A stretch of 64,000 nt of DNA from Camelus ferus. Lineage: Eukaryota. The stretch spans positions 5,706,001-5,770,000 of the forward strand of contig NC_045698.1 in assembly GCF_009834535.1 (NCBI RefSeq). Direction: 5' to 3'. A program made the position numbers and the translations under genes. Shown here piece by piece: positions 26,201-38,065 of the stretch. How positions within the stretch are numbered: position 1 is the stretch's first letter; every line of letters begins with the position of its first letter. The notes under the pieces are model-generated. The model had not been told where the DNA came from. It did not search any database and was given only the letters and a program-made list of their open reading frames with translations.

Positions 26201-27734
26201 AAAGCCATTACATTTCACTGTGTTCAGGAAAAATTTCCCCTCTTTTTGGTAAATCCAAATGAAAATCAGTTACATAAAATGCAAAATGGTAACAGTGAGT
26301 TAGTATGTTAATTTTTCCCCTTACTCATCCTTTCAGTGTTTCAAGCTGTTTGAAAGTTGGGTGCTAGAAACATCACAGACACACATTTCTTTGGAACCGA
26401 CTTTTCTATTTTGTGTTGGAATTTGAAAGCTGCAGATTGTGAGATGGGCCACTGCTTTCCCTAATTAACGTAACTGACGTTAACTGCCATCAATGAAAAC
26501 ACATTTTCTGAGTGAAAGATTTTGAGCTAAAAACTCAATTTCTAAAACATCGAGTATGGTACTTTGTTAACTGAAAGCAGGGATTTTGTGTGTTTTGTTT
26601 ATTGCAGCTCCTGTGCGAAGATGAGCGCCATGAGCACAGTAGGTCCTCAACAAAGACTTGGTACATGAGAAAGATCACAAAATGCATGAGATCTCCAGCA
26701 TCATGAGTGATCCACCTCCCTATGTGTCACGTTTCTTCTGTGAAGAACCTGCCTTGCAAATGCAGGAAAGAGGGATCTTCTAAGAACAGGGTATATTTTT
26801 TTCCAGTTGCTTCCCGTGGGAATTCACTTCCACTGGAAGCCCCCAAGAAGCGGAGATGCCCCCACAATTGCCTGTCTGAAGGATGGCCGGCTGAGTGACT
26901 TTCTTCTGGCTCCACGGATCATTGGTTGAAGTTTGCCCCCAGGAGTTTTGAATCCCTGAATGTCTGAACTGCATTTGCCTGTGAGCCAACCAGAGGACGT
27001 GCAGTCAGAGAAGGATGTGGAGTGGAGGTGGAAACGCATGTGCACTGTTGAGGATTGGGGCTGTAATCACAAACTGAGTGTGAACTCACATCTCACTGCC
27101 TACTCAGGCTTTGGTCAAAATCGAAGGTGGGCTAAGGGACCGTGATGCTCAGAACCAAGGGGACCTGCTACAGGTCACCACTTACACCATTTGGATCTGT
27201 TTACCCCAACATTAAGTTACACTGTCACCGAGTCTTTAAAGCCATAGCTGGCCCTAATGTCTGGGAAACGAGAGTTTATGAATGTGTGGTATCTACTGCC
27301 TCTGAAAGACTCTCTGAAGTTGCAGGGTCAGTCTCAGTGTGAGCGGATGTGAGTTGGGATAACCAGCACTTTCAATTAGAATGGCTTTCCTAAGCTGTCA
27401 GCCACAGTTGGCCTCTAAATGCATCACCATGTGGCCAGCCTCGGTATCATCTGGTGTTTATCTCCTACTACTTGTCATGAGACTCCGTAGGGCACACAGG
27501 GCATCCTGTCCCCCGTCTGGCCAACATGATGTGCTTAATCTGGTGGTTCAGCATGGCTTTCCATACAAGGTCAGAGCAATGAAGGTCACGGTCTGTATTT
27601 TACAGAGAAGGTGGTTGAAAAATGGTAGCATTAACCTCGCCTGAGGTGAGTCAGTGATTGTGCTTGGCTGGAGCTGTCCATCTTAAATGAGAACGAATTT
27701 TGATCCCTTTTATTGACGGCAACTGAAAAGGGTG

Positions 27735-28000
27735 TATTTGCATCAGATTTTTTTTTCTGCATAACAAGCCGACCGAAAACGTAGTGGCTTAAAAGAACTC
27801 TTTATTTAACATACTATTCTGTGGGTGAGCCATTTAGCTGAGGTTCTTTGATCTATCCAGGGTGCACTCACGCACCTGTGGTCAGCGGCTGGGTCAGCGG
27901 GGACCTGATGATCTAAAGTGGCTTTAGCTGACGGCTTATCACCGCTTCGCCTCGTGTCTCAGCCTGCTACAGGCACGCTCACCTTGTGACCTCAGGGCAG
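27735..28000 (-). mobile_element. MaLR MLT1 LTR fragment
   Basis: 'ctgcataacaag..aaaacgtagtggcttaaaa..ttctgtgggtgag' reverse MLT1 3' end. Confidence 0.65.
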
Positions 28001-30079
28001 AAGACAATGGATATGCAGCAGAACTGAGCCACGATGCTGCCAGACCACCAGGTGAAGCAGTGGCCAGAGGGAAAGGGTGGGGCAGAAAAGATCACCTGCC
28101 CAGGGGCTGGAGAGCTCTTGGCGTTCCTACGGCTTGAAATAATGCTGCAATAGTCACATTGTCGTCTCTAAGAAAATTTTTCAGGCCTTAATTGATTTAT
28201 AGTTTTAAGAATCTCCTCATTTGAAAATAAAAATTTATGAACCTTAGACAAGGAATACAGAAAATGTATAATATGTTCATTAATAAGAAAGTCAGAAAGA
28301 AGCAATAAAAAATTACAAATACAAAACCCTCCATAATATGATATTGTGGCAACGCAGCATGTTAGTGTCACCAGGAGAGGCTCCGTGCTGCAACAGACAG
28401 CTCCCAGCGCTCGGATTCAACCCAGCAGCACTCACTTCTCAACCACGAAGCAATCCAGTGTGGTTACTGGGTTGGTGATCTTTGTCAGGGAGACTTTGGT
28501 CCCAGGCCCTCCGCCTCCCTGAAGGCCTCCAGTCCTCTGCTGGGCTCTCTGCAACTTGGGAGCTGCAGAGGAAGGAGATGGCTTTGTATACTCACAGGCT
28601 GGATAGTTTCGGCAGCCTGCACTAAGGAAAGCCCGGCACGGCTCATAATTTTGTTTGCTACCGGGATGCTGCTGGGAATTGCGGCCACTTCACTTCTAAG
28701 GGAAAACGTCTCATGAATCTAAGCAGCAAGACTGTCTTTGTGCATCTTGGGCGGCAGCAATGTGGGCTGGGAGCAGAGTGGCCGGGTGGCTTGAAGACAG
28801 AGGTGGAGCAGTATTGGGGCAGAGTCAAGGGGTGTCCCCATAAAGCGCCGTGACAGGCTGTGTGTCCACGGCTAATGTCTGGAATCCACATCTCTTGAGA
28901 AGACACTGTTTCTATGTGGTGGCATTGCCTCTTAACCTAGCTGCTAACTCACTTTAATCTTACTCCCACTCTGAGATGCAGCAGCTGATGGATAGCAGAT
29001 CACTGGCTCTATTGTCTTTGTGTGTCTCCTCTCTCTCCTATAATTTCTATGTAAAATAAAATCAACACAAAATAAAATTAAATAAATACAAAAGGCATTC
29101 CCTTCTTCCTTCCTCCCTCTACTAACAGCAAAGCACTCCCTTCAATGTAAACCACAGGAAAACTAAGCAGAGAAATGAATTTGGGAGGAAAATGGTCCTC
29201 AGTCTCACCCAGAGCATCCAGGACCATCCAACAAGAGCTCTCCCACGGTCTCTCTCTCCCTCTCTCTCCCGCCCTCTCTTCTTTCAGCCGGTCTGTTTCA
29301 CATGCACACACATAAACACATCCTTACAAACATATTTTATGTAAGCATATAAGAAACAAAAGTCATATGGTCAAATGGCTGATTCTACCAGGATAGAGTC
29401 TAGGAAACATTTGGGTCAACTAATGGCTTATTTATGACAAAGATTTAGATACTGTCTAAGGTTGGCATACATTTCAAATAAAGGTGCTGTAAGTACGTTC
29501 TAAATCTTCCTGGAGAGCTGTGCGCTCACGTAATGAGGCCTGGAGAGAGATGAGGCAGCAGGTATCTTAGTAACTAAACCTCGATCTTGTATCCATCTAA
29601 TAACTGAAGATAGTAAAGGTCTGGGTTCTGTGTGTTAATTAGCGTTCTAGAGATGAAAATGGTTTCATTCGTCAGAAAAATAAGCGTAAAAAAATGTCCT
29701 CAGATACACTGAGCAATGCGCCAACAAGGCAGATTCTTGGAAAGTCATGTGACATCTAATGTTTCTTCCTCTAAAGAATAAAAGATTTCCTCTTTTGACA
29801 CTGGAGAGCCAAGAGGGGGCGGAGTTTAGATCAGAGAAACGGGAGGTAGGGAAGACCCCGCATGTGCGTATGTCTGAGAGTCTCCATCTGCTTCGTCTCT
29901 CTCCCCCACCCCTCCACACGGAGAGGAATGACTCTCCCCTAACAGACCTTGTAAGGGCATCGTAGGCTTTATGTGAACGAAGCATCTCAGGAATCTGGGG
30001 ACCTAGAAAAGGCGGTGCCTGTAGTTGCGCGAAGCCATGGCTCCTCTGGGACCTCGTGCCATGTCTTCAGAGCCCAGGA

Positions 30080-30950
30080 CTGGGCGTCTGTCAGTCACAG
30101 CTCTGCCTTCTCCTCGGCTCTGCCTCCCCCCACCCCCGACGCCGCGCCCGCGGACCCCGCCAGCGTCTCAGCTCTCCTGACAGACAAACCACCTGCGGGA
30201 ACAAACGCTCAGCGGAGCGGCCGCGCCGGGGAATCGGGTCCTGATCAGGGGCTTACGGAGACAGGTGGGGTCAGAGGTCATACTGGAGCAGGAGCGATGT
30301 GACAAGGACGGGGGTGAAACGTGGACCGTCCAGGAGCGGGGGCAGAGTCAGAGTCGGGTCACTTCAAAGGAAGGGCCCAAGGCCAGTAAAATCAGTAACT
30401 GAACAGCCCACGTTAAAAGTTTCCTGCCCGAAGCCCTTCCGCTGTCTGTCCTCGGAGACGGAGACAAAGCACAGGCGTCCTGGGACTCACCCCGGATGCG
30501 CCGCACCTCCCTGCATCAGTTCAGCGGCAGCAGCAGGTGAAAAGCAGGGGGGTGGGGGGTGGGGGGGATACGGCTCCATCCCGGCCAGGATCCCTGGGCG
30601 GTGGGTGAGCTGTTGGCACAGGCTTTGCAGGAGCGGCGCGGGGAAGTGGGCCATCCTGCCAGGTGCATGAAACCCGAGGATGGCCAGTTCAGAGCGGGGA
30701 CCCCAAGCCCGCATCCTATGGTCTGCACATCTGTGAGGCACCACCCGGGAAGCTGAGATAACCCCACACCTCTTTTTCTCCTCCGAGCCCCGGGGCTGCT
30801 ACTCTGGAAACTCTCAAGCATCTTTTGCCCTAGTCCTACACTGGAACATAGCAGGTCCCAAGGCACAGAGCAAAGGCTCGCGCTGGCCGGGGATGAGCGG
30901 GGTCTTCAGCTGGCCCATGCCCCAGGGACTTGCACGGCTGGAGCTGTGCA
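30080..30950. promoter_or_regulatory. CpG/GC-rich island-like region
   Basis: 'cccgacgccgcgcccgcggaccccgcc', 'gcggagcggccgcgccgggg', G6TG6TG7 tract, minus-strand donor GGG|GTGAGT at 30491/30490. Confidence 0.5.
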
Positions 30951-31728
30951 CCACTTCGCTGGTCCCTCCCCTGCAGGGGATGCAGCTGAAGGTCTCCATA
31001 GAGATTCGCTCCAGCAGTTCTCTCCTGATGGAGGGGAAGGTGGAAGCTCACCACTCTTCTTGCCTGGAGGGCACCCATCCATGCCGAAAACCCCCTGTGT
31101 TCTCCAACTCTTAAAGTGGCCCTTAAAAAAGCACCCCCAACGTGGCTTTAAAGTGTCTTCTATGTAGTTTTCAGTTGTTCACTTTGAAAATGAGCTGTTG
31201 GGTTTGATATTAACCATCTGATAAATCATAGGTTTTAATTCCATTAAAACATCCATTTTACATGCTAGGATTCTACAATCTTATGAAATGGCCAAAGAAG
31301 AAATTAATTTTATCAACCTAATTTCCATTCTATTGTATCTTTCCACCAAGGGAAATGATACCATTTTTGAGATAAGATCTCTCATTTTGTTAAGCTTATT
31401 TTAAATTCTGTGCACATTGCCGAATGATAAGGAAAATAAAGTTCACAAGACAGCCAGTAGTGCTGGTGGGATGGAGGCCCATGGGATGTGCTAGATGTGG
31501 AGGAGGAGAGTCCTAACAAAGGGACTGATATGACGGTCTCCTGCGTTCATAGCTCCGTTCTCATTGGCTGAAAGGACAATAGTTACAAAAGAAAGATGGT
31601 TCCAAGTACTGAGATGGTGCAACCAGTAATTATCCTAAGTAATAAGGTAGGGACATTACTTTGGTACCGAGAGCAGGTGTCCTGGCAAGGAGGAGTACGG
31701 GAACATGACACGAGACAGATGAGTCTCT

Positions 31729-32464
31729 CTCTCTCTTTTTTTTTTTTTTTTTTTTTGGTGTGATTTAATTAATTAATTAATTTTTTATTGACGTATAGTC
31801 AGTGACAATGTGTCAATTTCTGGTGTACCAGCATAATCTTTCAGTTATATATACACATACAAATATTCATTTTCATATTCTTTTTCATTATATGTTACTA
31901 TAAGATACTGACTATAGTTCTCTGTGCTATACAGGAGAAATTTTTTTTAATCTATTTTATATGTAGTAGTTAATATTTGCAATTCTGAAACTCCCAATTT
32001 ATCCCTTCCCATTCCCTTTCCCCTGGTAACCATAAGTTTGCTTACCATGTCTGTGAGTCTGTTTCTGTTTTGTAAATAAGTTCATTTATCTCATATTTTT
32101 AGATTCCACATGAGTGATATTATACAGCATTTTTTTTCTCTTTCTCACTTACTTCACTTAGAATGATGATCTCCAGATCCATCCATGTTGCTGCAAATAG
32201 CATTATTTTATTCTTTTTAATTGCTGAGTAATATTCCATTGTATAAATATACCACAACTTCTGTTGGTGGACATTTAGGTTGTTTCCATGGCTTGGCTGT
32301 TGTAAATAGTGCTGCTATGAACACTGGGGTGTCTCTTTGAATTACAGTTCCTTCCAGATATATGCCCAGGAATGTAATTGCTCAATCATATGGTAAGTCT
32401 ATTTCTAGTTTTTTGAGGAATCTCCATACTGTTTTTCATCTTGGCTGCACCAAACTCCATCTCC
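31729..32464 (-). mobile_element. Young 5'-truncated L1 (camelid/cetartiodactyl type), ORF2 C-terminus plus 3' UTR and poly(A)
   Basis: Poly-T head, then 'ttattgacgtatagtcag..tctgtgctatacag..tagattccacatgagtgata..gaggaatctccatactgttttt'; TSD cagatgagtctct (31716-31728) / caggtgaatctct (32465-32477). Confidence 0.92.
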
Positions 32465-32749
32465 CAGGTGAATCTCTTGTCTTGGGTTTCTGCTGGGGTT
32501 TTATGGACATGAAGTCAGGACTCTGAAGAAGACAGCCATCTCCAGCAAGGGACGTGGAGGGCAACTAAGTGTATCTGAAAACAATTATTTCATGGTTTGT
32601 CATCCACAAGGTAAATGAGACATCTGCACTGGCACCCCCTGAACAAAATCAACTCCAGGAATTCCGACAGCTGTCAGACAACTGGACCCTGTGTCTGCAC
32701 TTCAGACCCCCTTCAAAAGCTGAGGATTTAGTGGTTGGGGGGAAGCAGC

Positions 32750-33239
32750 TGCCAACTAAAAATTGGCACTTGCCATCTGTCTCTACGAGGATGGAATCCC
32801 ATTGGCACTTACCCCCGAACTCTGCTTGAACTAAATCATGAGCCGCTGCTGCCGCTGACCTCCAGCACTCCCTGAAAGGCATTCAGGGTGGAGGTCAGGA
32901 GGGAGGTGCTCTGTGCTCTGGGAAAACTGGCTGAACAGGCCCTCAGATAGATATTTTCGGGAGAAGATTTTATGACCCCAAATTCTTGAGTCTCCTAAAA
33001 GCACTGAAATCATTACGCATGACACCTGCTCCTTGTGACCAGCAGCAGCCTCTCCCTAACCGCGTGCTTGACTGCGCGTCCCCTTCACTGGAATCAGACA
33101 TGACACTGACCTTCCCCTGCCTCTTCGGAGCAGTTCCTCAGAGCTCTCTGAGATGCTGTCCCGGGCTAGAGCCCTCATTTTACCCCAAATAAAACTTAAC
33201 CCGCTGCTCTCACATCGTGTGATTTTATTTCAGTCTACA
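32750..33239 (+). mobile_element. ERV1 solo LTR, related subfamily of the MER41/LTR39-like family (copy 3)
   Basis: TG...CA, perfect TSD cagc/cagc; shares 'cctcttcggagcagt(t/c)cctcagagc', 'aaaagcact', 'aaataaaac', 'atttcagt..aca' with copies 1 and 2. Confidence 0.88.
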
Positions 33240-34609
33240 CAGCCGTTCTGGGGACACATCCAAGAGGAGGGGAGGAGCCCAGGGCCCTGGTGCTTTTGGA
33301 TGCCTGGCCAGGTCTCAGCAGGCCCTCTGCCCTGGGGGGAACCCTGGCGTTCTTGGGGGCAAAAGGTAATGAAGAAGGAAAAATCCTGAGGGGTCTTCCT
33401 CCTCCCCTAGACCGGATGCAGCATGAGATGTCCCCTCTCAAATCCTCTCAGGGACTTTGGTCACATTTGGGGTCTTCCTCCCCAAACACACACACTAGCT
33501 GCTGAGAGTTCTCAGAGGCAGGCTGCAATTTTTATGTACCTTTCAGAGTTCTGTCAACATAACTGGGGAACGTTTCTGATAAATAGAGGGATTGAAAGCT
33601 TTTAACAAACATCAGCGGCAGGAAACATCATTGCTGCTCCCCGCAGCCTCGCCGCAGGTCCCAGCGCATCTGCTGTTTGTCGCACAGCCACAGGCGCCGG
33701 GGGCAGGGCAGATCCAGCTTGTGCCCTTTTTCTGAATGATAACGACTAATGATTCAAAATTGCTTCTACTCTAGACTCCCAGGAGTTCAGAAAGAGGCTT
33801 TGAATGAGCTGTAGAATAATTTGCTTTCTCCCTAGAGCTGGAAGATGCGGGTCCTATTTGTGCTGGTTGCCTGGCAGCTGGTTTTGAGCTGTGGGACACA
33901 TTTGATCGCTTCCATGTTGCCTTCCTCGTGGTCCTTTGGCCAGGGTGATGCTCACACCAGGTGATGTGCAGAGAAGGACGATTACTCTTTCCTGTATGAT
34001 GGTTTCTAATGTTCACCTGTTCACCTTCTGAACGATGGCAGGTGACAGGTCTGTGGCCCGTGTTTGCAGAGTGGCTGTTACCTTTCAGAAACTTTGAACA
34101 TTTGAACATGCAGCTTAATAATCTTCAGTCCTCTCTGTCAGGATAAATGTCTCTGAAATCACTTCTCCAAAGCCTGTTGTCTTTTATCCCCACCTGGGGA
34201 AAGCATGAAAAAATCTGAGCTCCAAGGAAAGGAGAGTGCCTTGTCACATTTTTATGGAACTTAGAGAAAGCGGAGGAGCATTTACATGCGCTGAGACACA
34301 GTTGCGGTCTCACAGGGGAAATTTACCATCACAAAAGCTGTTTGTCTTTTAAAGTCAGCAGAGGGGAAAAGAACCGGAGTAGATTTTATTATTTTTTGAT
34401 CACAAAATATATGCTTTGTTTAGAAAGGATGAAATATCTGGTTTTGATCAAAATTATTTATTGTTTTCCTTTGAGTAATTTGTGATAATTATTGGCGAGT
34501 AAAACTTTTTCTGAAAGAAATTATTATAAGGCTGCAGGTTTAAGGTTAAAAAATTGGTCTTTTCTTATACCTTTCACTCACTTCATCCTTCCAAAGAATG
34601 TGCTCAGGG

Positions 34610-34827
34610 TGTTATGTGTGTGTAGTGTGTAGTATGTCTATGTGGTATGTGTGTAGTGTGTGTATGTGGTGTGTGGTGCGTAGTAAGTGTGTGGTGTGTG
34701 TGTGTGATGTGTATGTGGTATGTAGTGTGTACATGTGTGTGGTGGGTAGCAAGTGTGTGGTGTGTATGTGTGGTGTGTGTGTGTGATGTGTATGTGGTGT
34801 GTAGTGTGTATGTGTGTGGTGGGTAGT

Positions 34828-34858
<31 letters not shown>
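34610..34858 (+). repeat. TG-rich degenerate minisatellite ending in pure (TG)n
   Basis: Three higher-order units marked by ggtg(c/g)gtag(t/c)aag, followed by (tg)n. Confidence 0.9.
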
Positions 34859-35534
34859 GATGAGCTGGCCTGGGGACAGTCTCCCTCCAGCACTGGCAAG
34901 ACAGGCGCAGGTGGCCCCAGTGCAGCCCCTGGGCACGGCCCTCTGTATCTCAGGAGCGCTCAGAGGACCTGCCTGCAGGGCGCTGGGACCCAGGACGGCG
35001 TGGAGTGCAGGGTGTCTGTCTGTCCGTCTGTGTGACTGTGGCAGGCGCGGGGTAGGCTGTCCCGGGTTGCTTCTCCCCACGCAGCCCTTATTCCTGCAGC
35101 TGTCCTGCTCCTGAGCTCATCACATTCCCATCTGCCCCTCTTGAAAGCAGGGGTTCGCACTGAGCAGTAACAGAACCCTCCCTACACTCAGCATGATGCC
35201 TGCGGTGGGAGCACGTTCGGGGCTGGGAAGGCCCCTCTGCCTGGTGTCCCTGTGGACAGGGTGGGCCAGCACCTGATCGGGGAGGGGGAGGGTTCACTCG
35301 CTCTTTACCTGGATGCAAAGGGTATAAACTCACACAAACTCACACGGCTTGTGCCTATAAAACATACCTTTGGTGGGTTCCTTTATTCATCCCTTCAGAA
35401 GCGGCTGTGGCCCATCTGTTGTGTTCTGGGCGTGTGGAGATAAATATGTGAGCGAGACGCAAGCCTGGTCTCAGAAGGTCATGTCTCTGCAGGCTTCACG
35501 AGGCGCTCCGCCGCCTCCACATCAGCAGGAAGGC

Positions 35535-36202
35535 TGTTTTCTCTCTTTTCATCGTGGGTCCACTGAGTAGCACTTTTAATTTCCTTCTAGAACTCTTCCT
35601 TTGCATCCACAACCTGATCACAACTGGACCAGCTGTCCGGCACAAGAGGCCCGGCTTCCAGCCCGACTCAGACCTCACCAGGCCTTCCTCACGAAGCTTA
35701 ATCGCGTCTAGCTTTTGCTTTAAAGTGAGAGACGACTGATTCCTGCTTTCACTTGAACACTTAGAGGCGTTTGTAGGGTTATTAATTGACCTCCTTTCAA
35801 TATTATTAGTGTCTCAGAGGATAGGGAGGCTGGAGGGGAGGGAGAAAGGGTGGGGAAATGGCCTGTTGGTGGAGCAGTCAGAACACACACGACATTTATT
35901 AAGTTTGCCATCTTATATGGGTGTGGTTCATGGGCCCCCAAACAATTACAATCCCAACACCAAAAATCACCGACCACAGATCACCACACAAATGTAATAA
36001 TAATTTAAAGTTTAAAATACCGTGAGAATTACCAAAATGTGACACAGAGATACGAAGTGAGCAAATGCTGTTGGAAAAATGGTACCGATAAATTTGCTTG
36101 ACACAGAGTTACCACAAACCTTCATTTAGTAAAAAATAAAAAAAAAAAAGCAGTATCTACAAAGGGCAATAAAATAAAGCACAGCACAGTGAGGCGTGCC
36201 TG
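35535..36202 (-). mobile_element. Tigger1 (TcMar) 5' portion with TIR
   Basis: 'ttcacttgaacacttagagg', 'ggtggagcagtcagaacacacac', 'gagaattaccaaaatgtgacacagaga', terminal 'gaggcgtgcctg' followed by TA. Confidence 0.92.
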
Positions 36203-37539
36203 TATAATTTTAATCTTATAATTGCATTTTTGAATATATCAACTTATGTGAGGATTTGGATAAAGATTTTTTTAGATAAATTGATATTTTGTTGTACTAG
36301 AATATAGTAAAATTTACATGTTTGAGGCTTCTGGTTCATCAAAAATAAATATATTTTCAAATAAGTTTATAAAAAGTATAATTCAAACATACAAAGCCAT
36401 ACATACATATAGAATCTATCTATATCTATCTCTCTCTCTATCTAATTTGCAGATAAGAGCAAAGCTTAGAGTCTTTGCTCAGGTGTAACATGTCAAGGGT
36501 CCTCCTCTCTGTCCCAAACCCTCCTCTCCTACATGCTCCAGGCTCTCGTCATCTCCCCGTGATAAACATGGTGGCAACTCATTGTTGAATGGATTAATCC
36601 TAACTCTCATGTCTTTCAGGCGTCTTTGGCTTCCTCATTTTCTCATGAAAAATGACACTGGCCAATGACCATGATAAGTATTTATCCATATGAAGTATGT
36701 ACACCACACCATGAAAAGTCAGGAGAGGAACTGACTGTGGAAGCAACTGAACTGGATGGAGTGACCCTCAACCCAGAGACAAGGAAATAAAAGAAGCAAA
36801 CGCGATCTTGGGACTTGAAGAAGTAGACCCGGGGCTGTGGGGGTCTCTTTCAACTCCTTCTGTCTCTCTCTGTCTCTCTCTGGCATTCAGTTTTTTTCCT
36901 TCAAGCACAGAAAGAAATTTTCTAGGGTCAAGTGATAAATAGCAAGCTGTAGGAAAAATGAAATATGTGTACATGGTGACTCATGGCAGGGTAGGCATAG
37001 ATAAGGCAGAAAAAATGTTGGAGATAAAGAATTTCAGAAATTAGATTTATGTGATTATGTGAAAAAAAAAAAATCTCCCTTGCCATGCTAGAAAAAGAGG
37101 AGTCCCAGATAATAGCAAAAACCAAAGCTCACTGGTTCTATTTATTGGCAAAATAAAATACAGCCGGTGTCCCCTTGAGTGCGATTCATCCCACTGAGGA
37201 GAAGGAAGTACACAGTCTCTGGCCTTTTACGTGCCATCTTCCCCCTACCCTCCTTTTTACTTTATTCTTCCAAACTAAATTATAAAGCTTAAGGAGGGAA
37301 GCAAAAGGGACAAGTTTCAATGCAAAACAAGGATGTTCATCCACTGTGAGTAATTGCAGCATTTACTTAAAACAAACTGTTTCAGAGTCACTGTCCCTTC
37401 TCCCCGGCCCCAGGAGGAGAAGTCCTCGCAAGGCCCTCCTGAGGGAGCTAGAAAACGGCTTACTACAGCCTGGACTTGTTCCAGCGGCAGGAGACTGAGC
37501 CTTTTCCGAGGCAGCTCAGGGGTGTTGTGTGTAAGTCAG

Positions 37540-37666
37540 AGGTTCTGAGTTCCATTACACAGGGTTCTGACTTCTCTGATCCGTCTCCTCATCTGAAAGC
37601 TGGGAGAATAAGATCTACTCTGCATGTGTGCTACTGGAGTCAAATGACACAAGGTGAAGGGGAAAG
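37540..37666 (+). mobile_element. MIR core fragment
   Basis: 'acttctctgatccgtctcctcatctgaaagctgggagaataa'. Confidence 0.6.
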
Positions 37667-37674
37667 ATGAGATG

Positions 37675-38065
37675 TGTTATGAACTACATCGCGGCTCCCA
37701 GCTTTCATGTATTGATGCTTTAACCCCCAGTACTGTATTTGGAGCCGGGACATTATGGAGATGATTAAGTTAAGTTAAAATGAGGCTGTTAGGGTGAGTC
37801 CTAATCCAGTCTGACTGACGTTCTTACCAGGAAAGGAATCTAAACCAAGAGAGACCAGGGACGCATGAGCAGAAGAAAGACCATGTGACGTCACAGCGAG
37901 AAAGCCGCATCCACGCGCCTAGGAGAGAGGTCAGAGGGGAGCCAGACCCGCCAGCACCTTGATCTTGGACTTCCCGCCTCTACAGCTGTGAGCACATAAA
38001 GTTCGGTTGTTTAAGCGCCCCCTGTCTGTGGTATTTTGTCATGGCAGCCCTAGCGAATGAATATA
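37675..38065 (+). mobile_element. MLT1A-type MaLR solo LTR
   Basis: 'tgttatgaact..ctaatccagtctgactg..caccttgatcttggacttc..tggtattttgtcatggcagccctagc'; perfect 5-bp TSD agatg/agatg. Confidence 0.92.

Noticed and set aside
27605..27645. Exon-like AG...GTGAGT pair
   Set aside because: Lies in an antisense MIR-like fragment, where cryptic splice sites are common; no other support.
34610..34858. CRISPR-like spaced repeats
   Set aside because: The 'spacers' are themselves TG low-complexity sequence, the context is eukaryotic, and there are no cas genes.
34598..35114. His/Thr-rich and Cys/Val-rich ORFs
   Set aside because: Translations of the TG/CA repeat.
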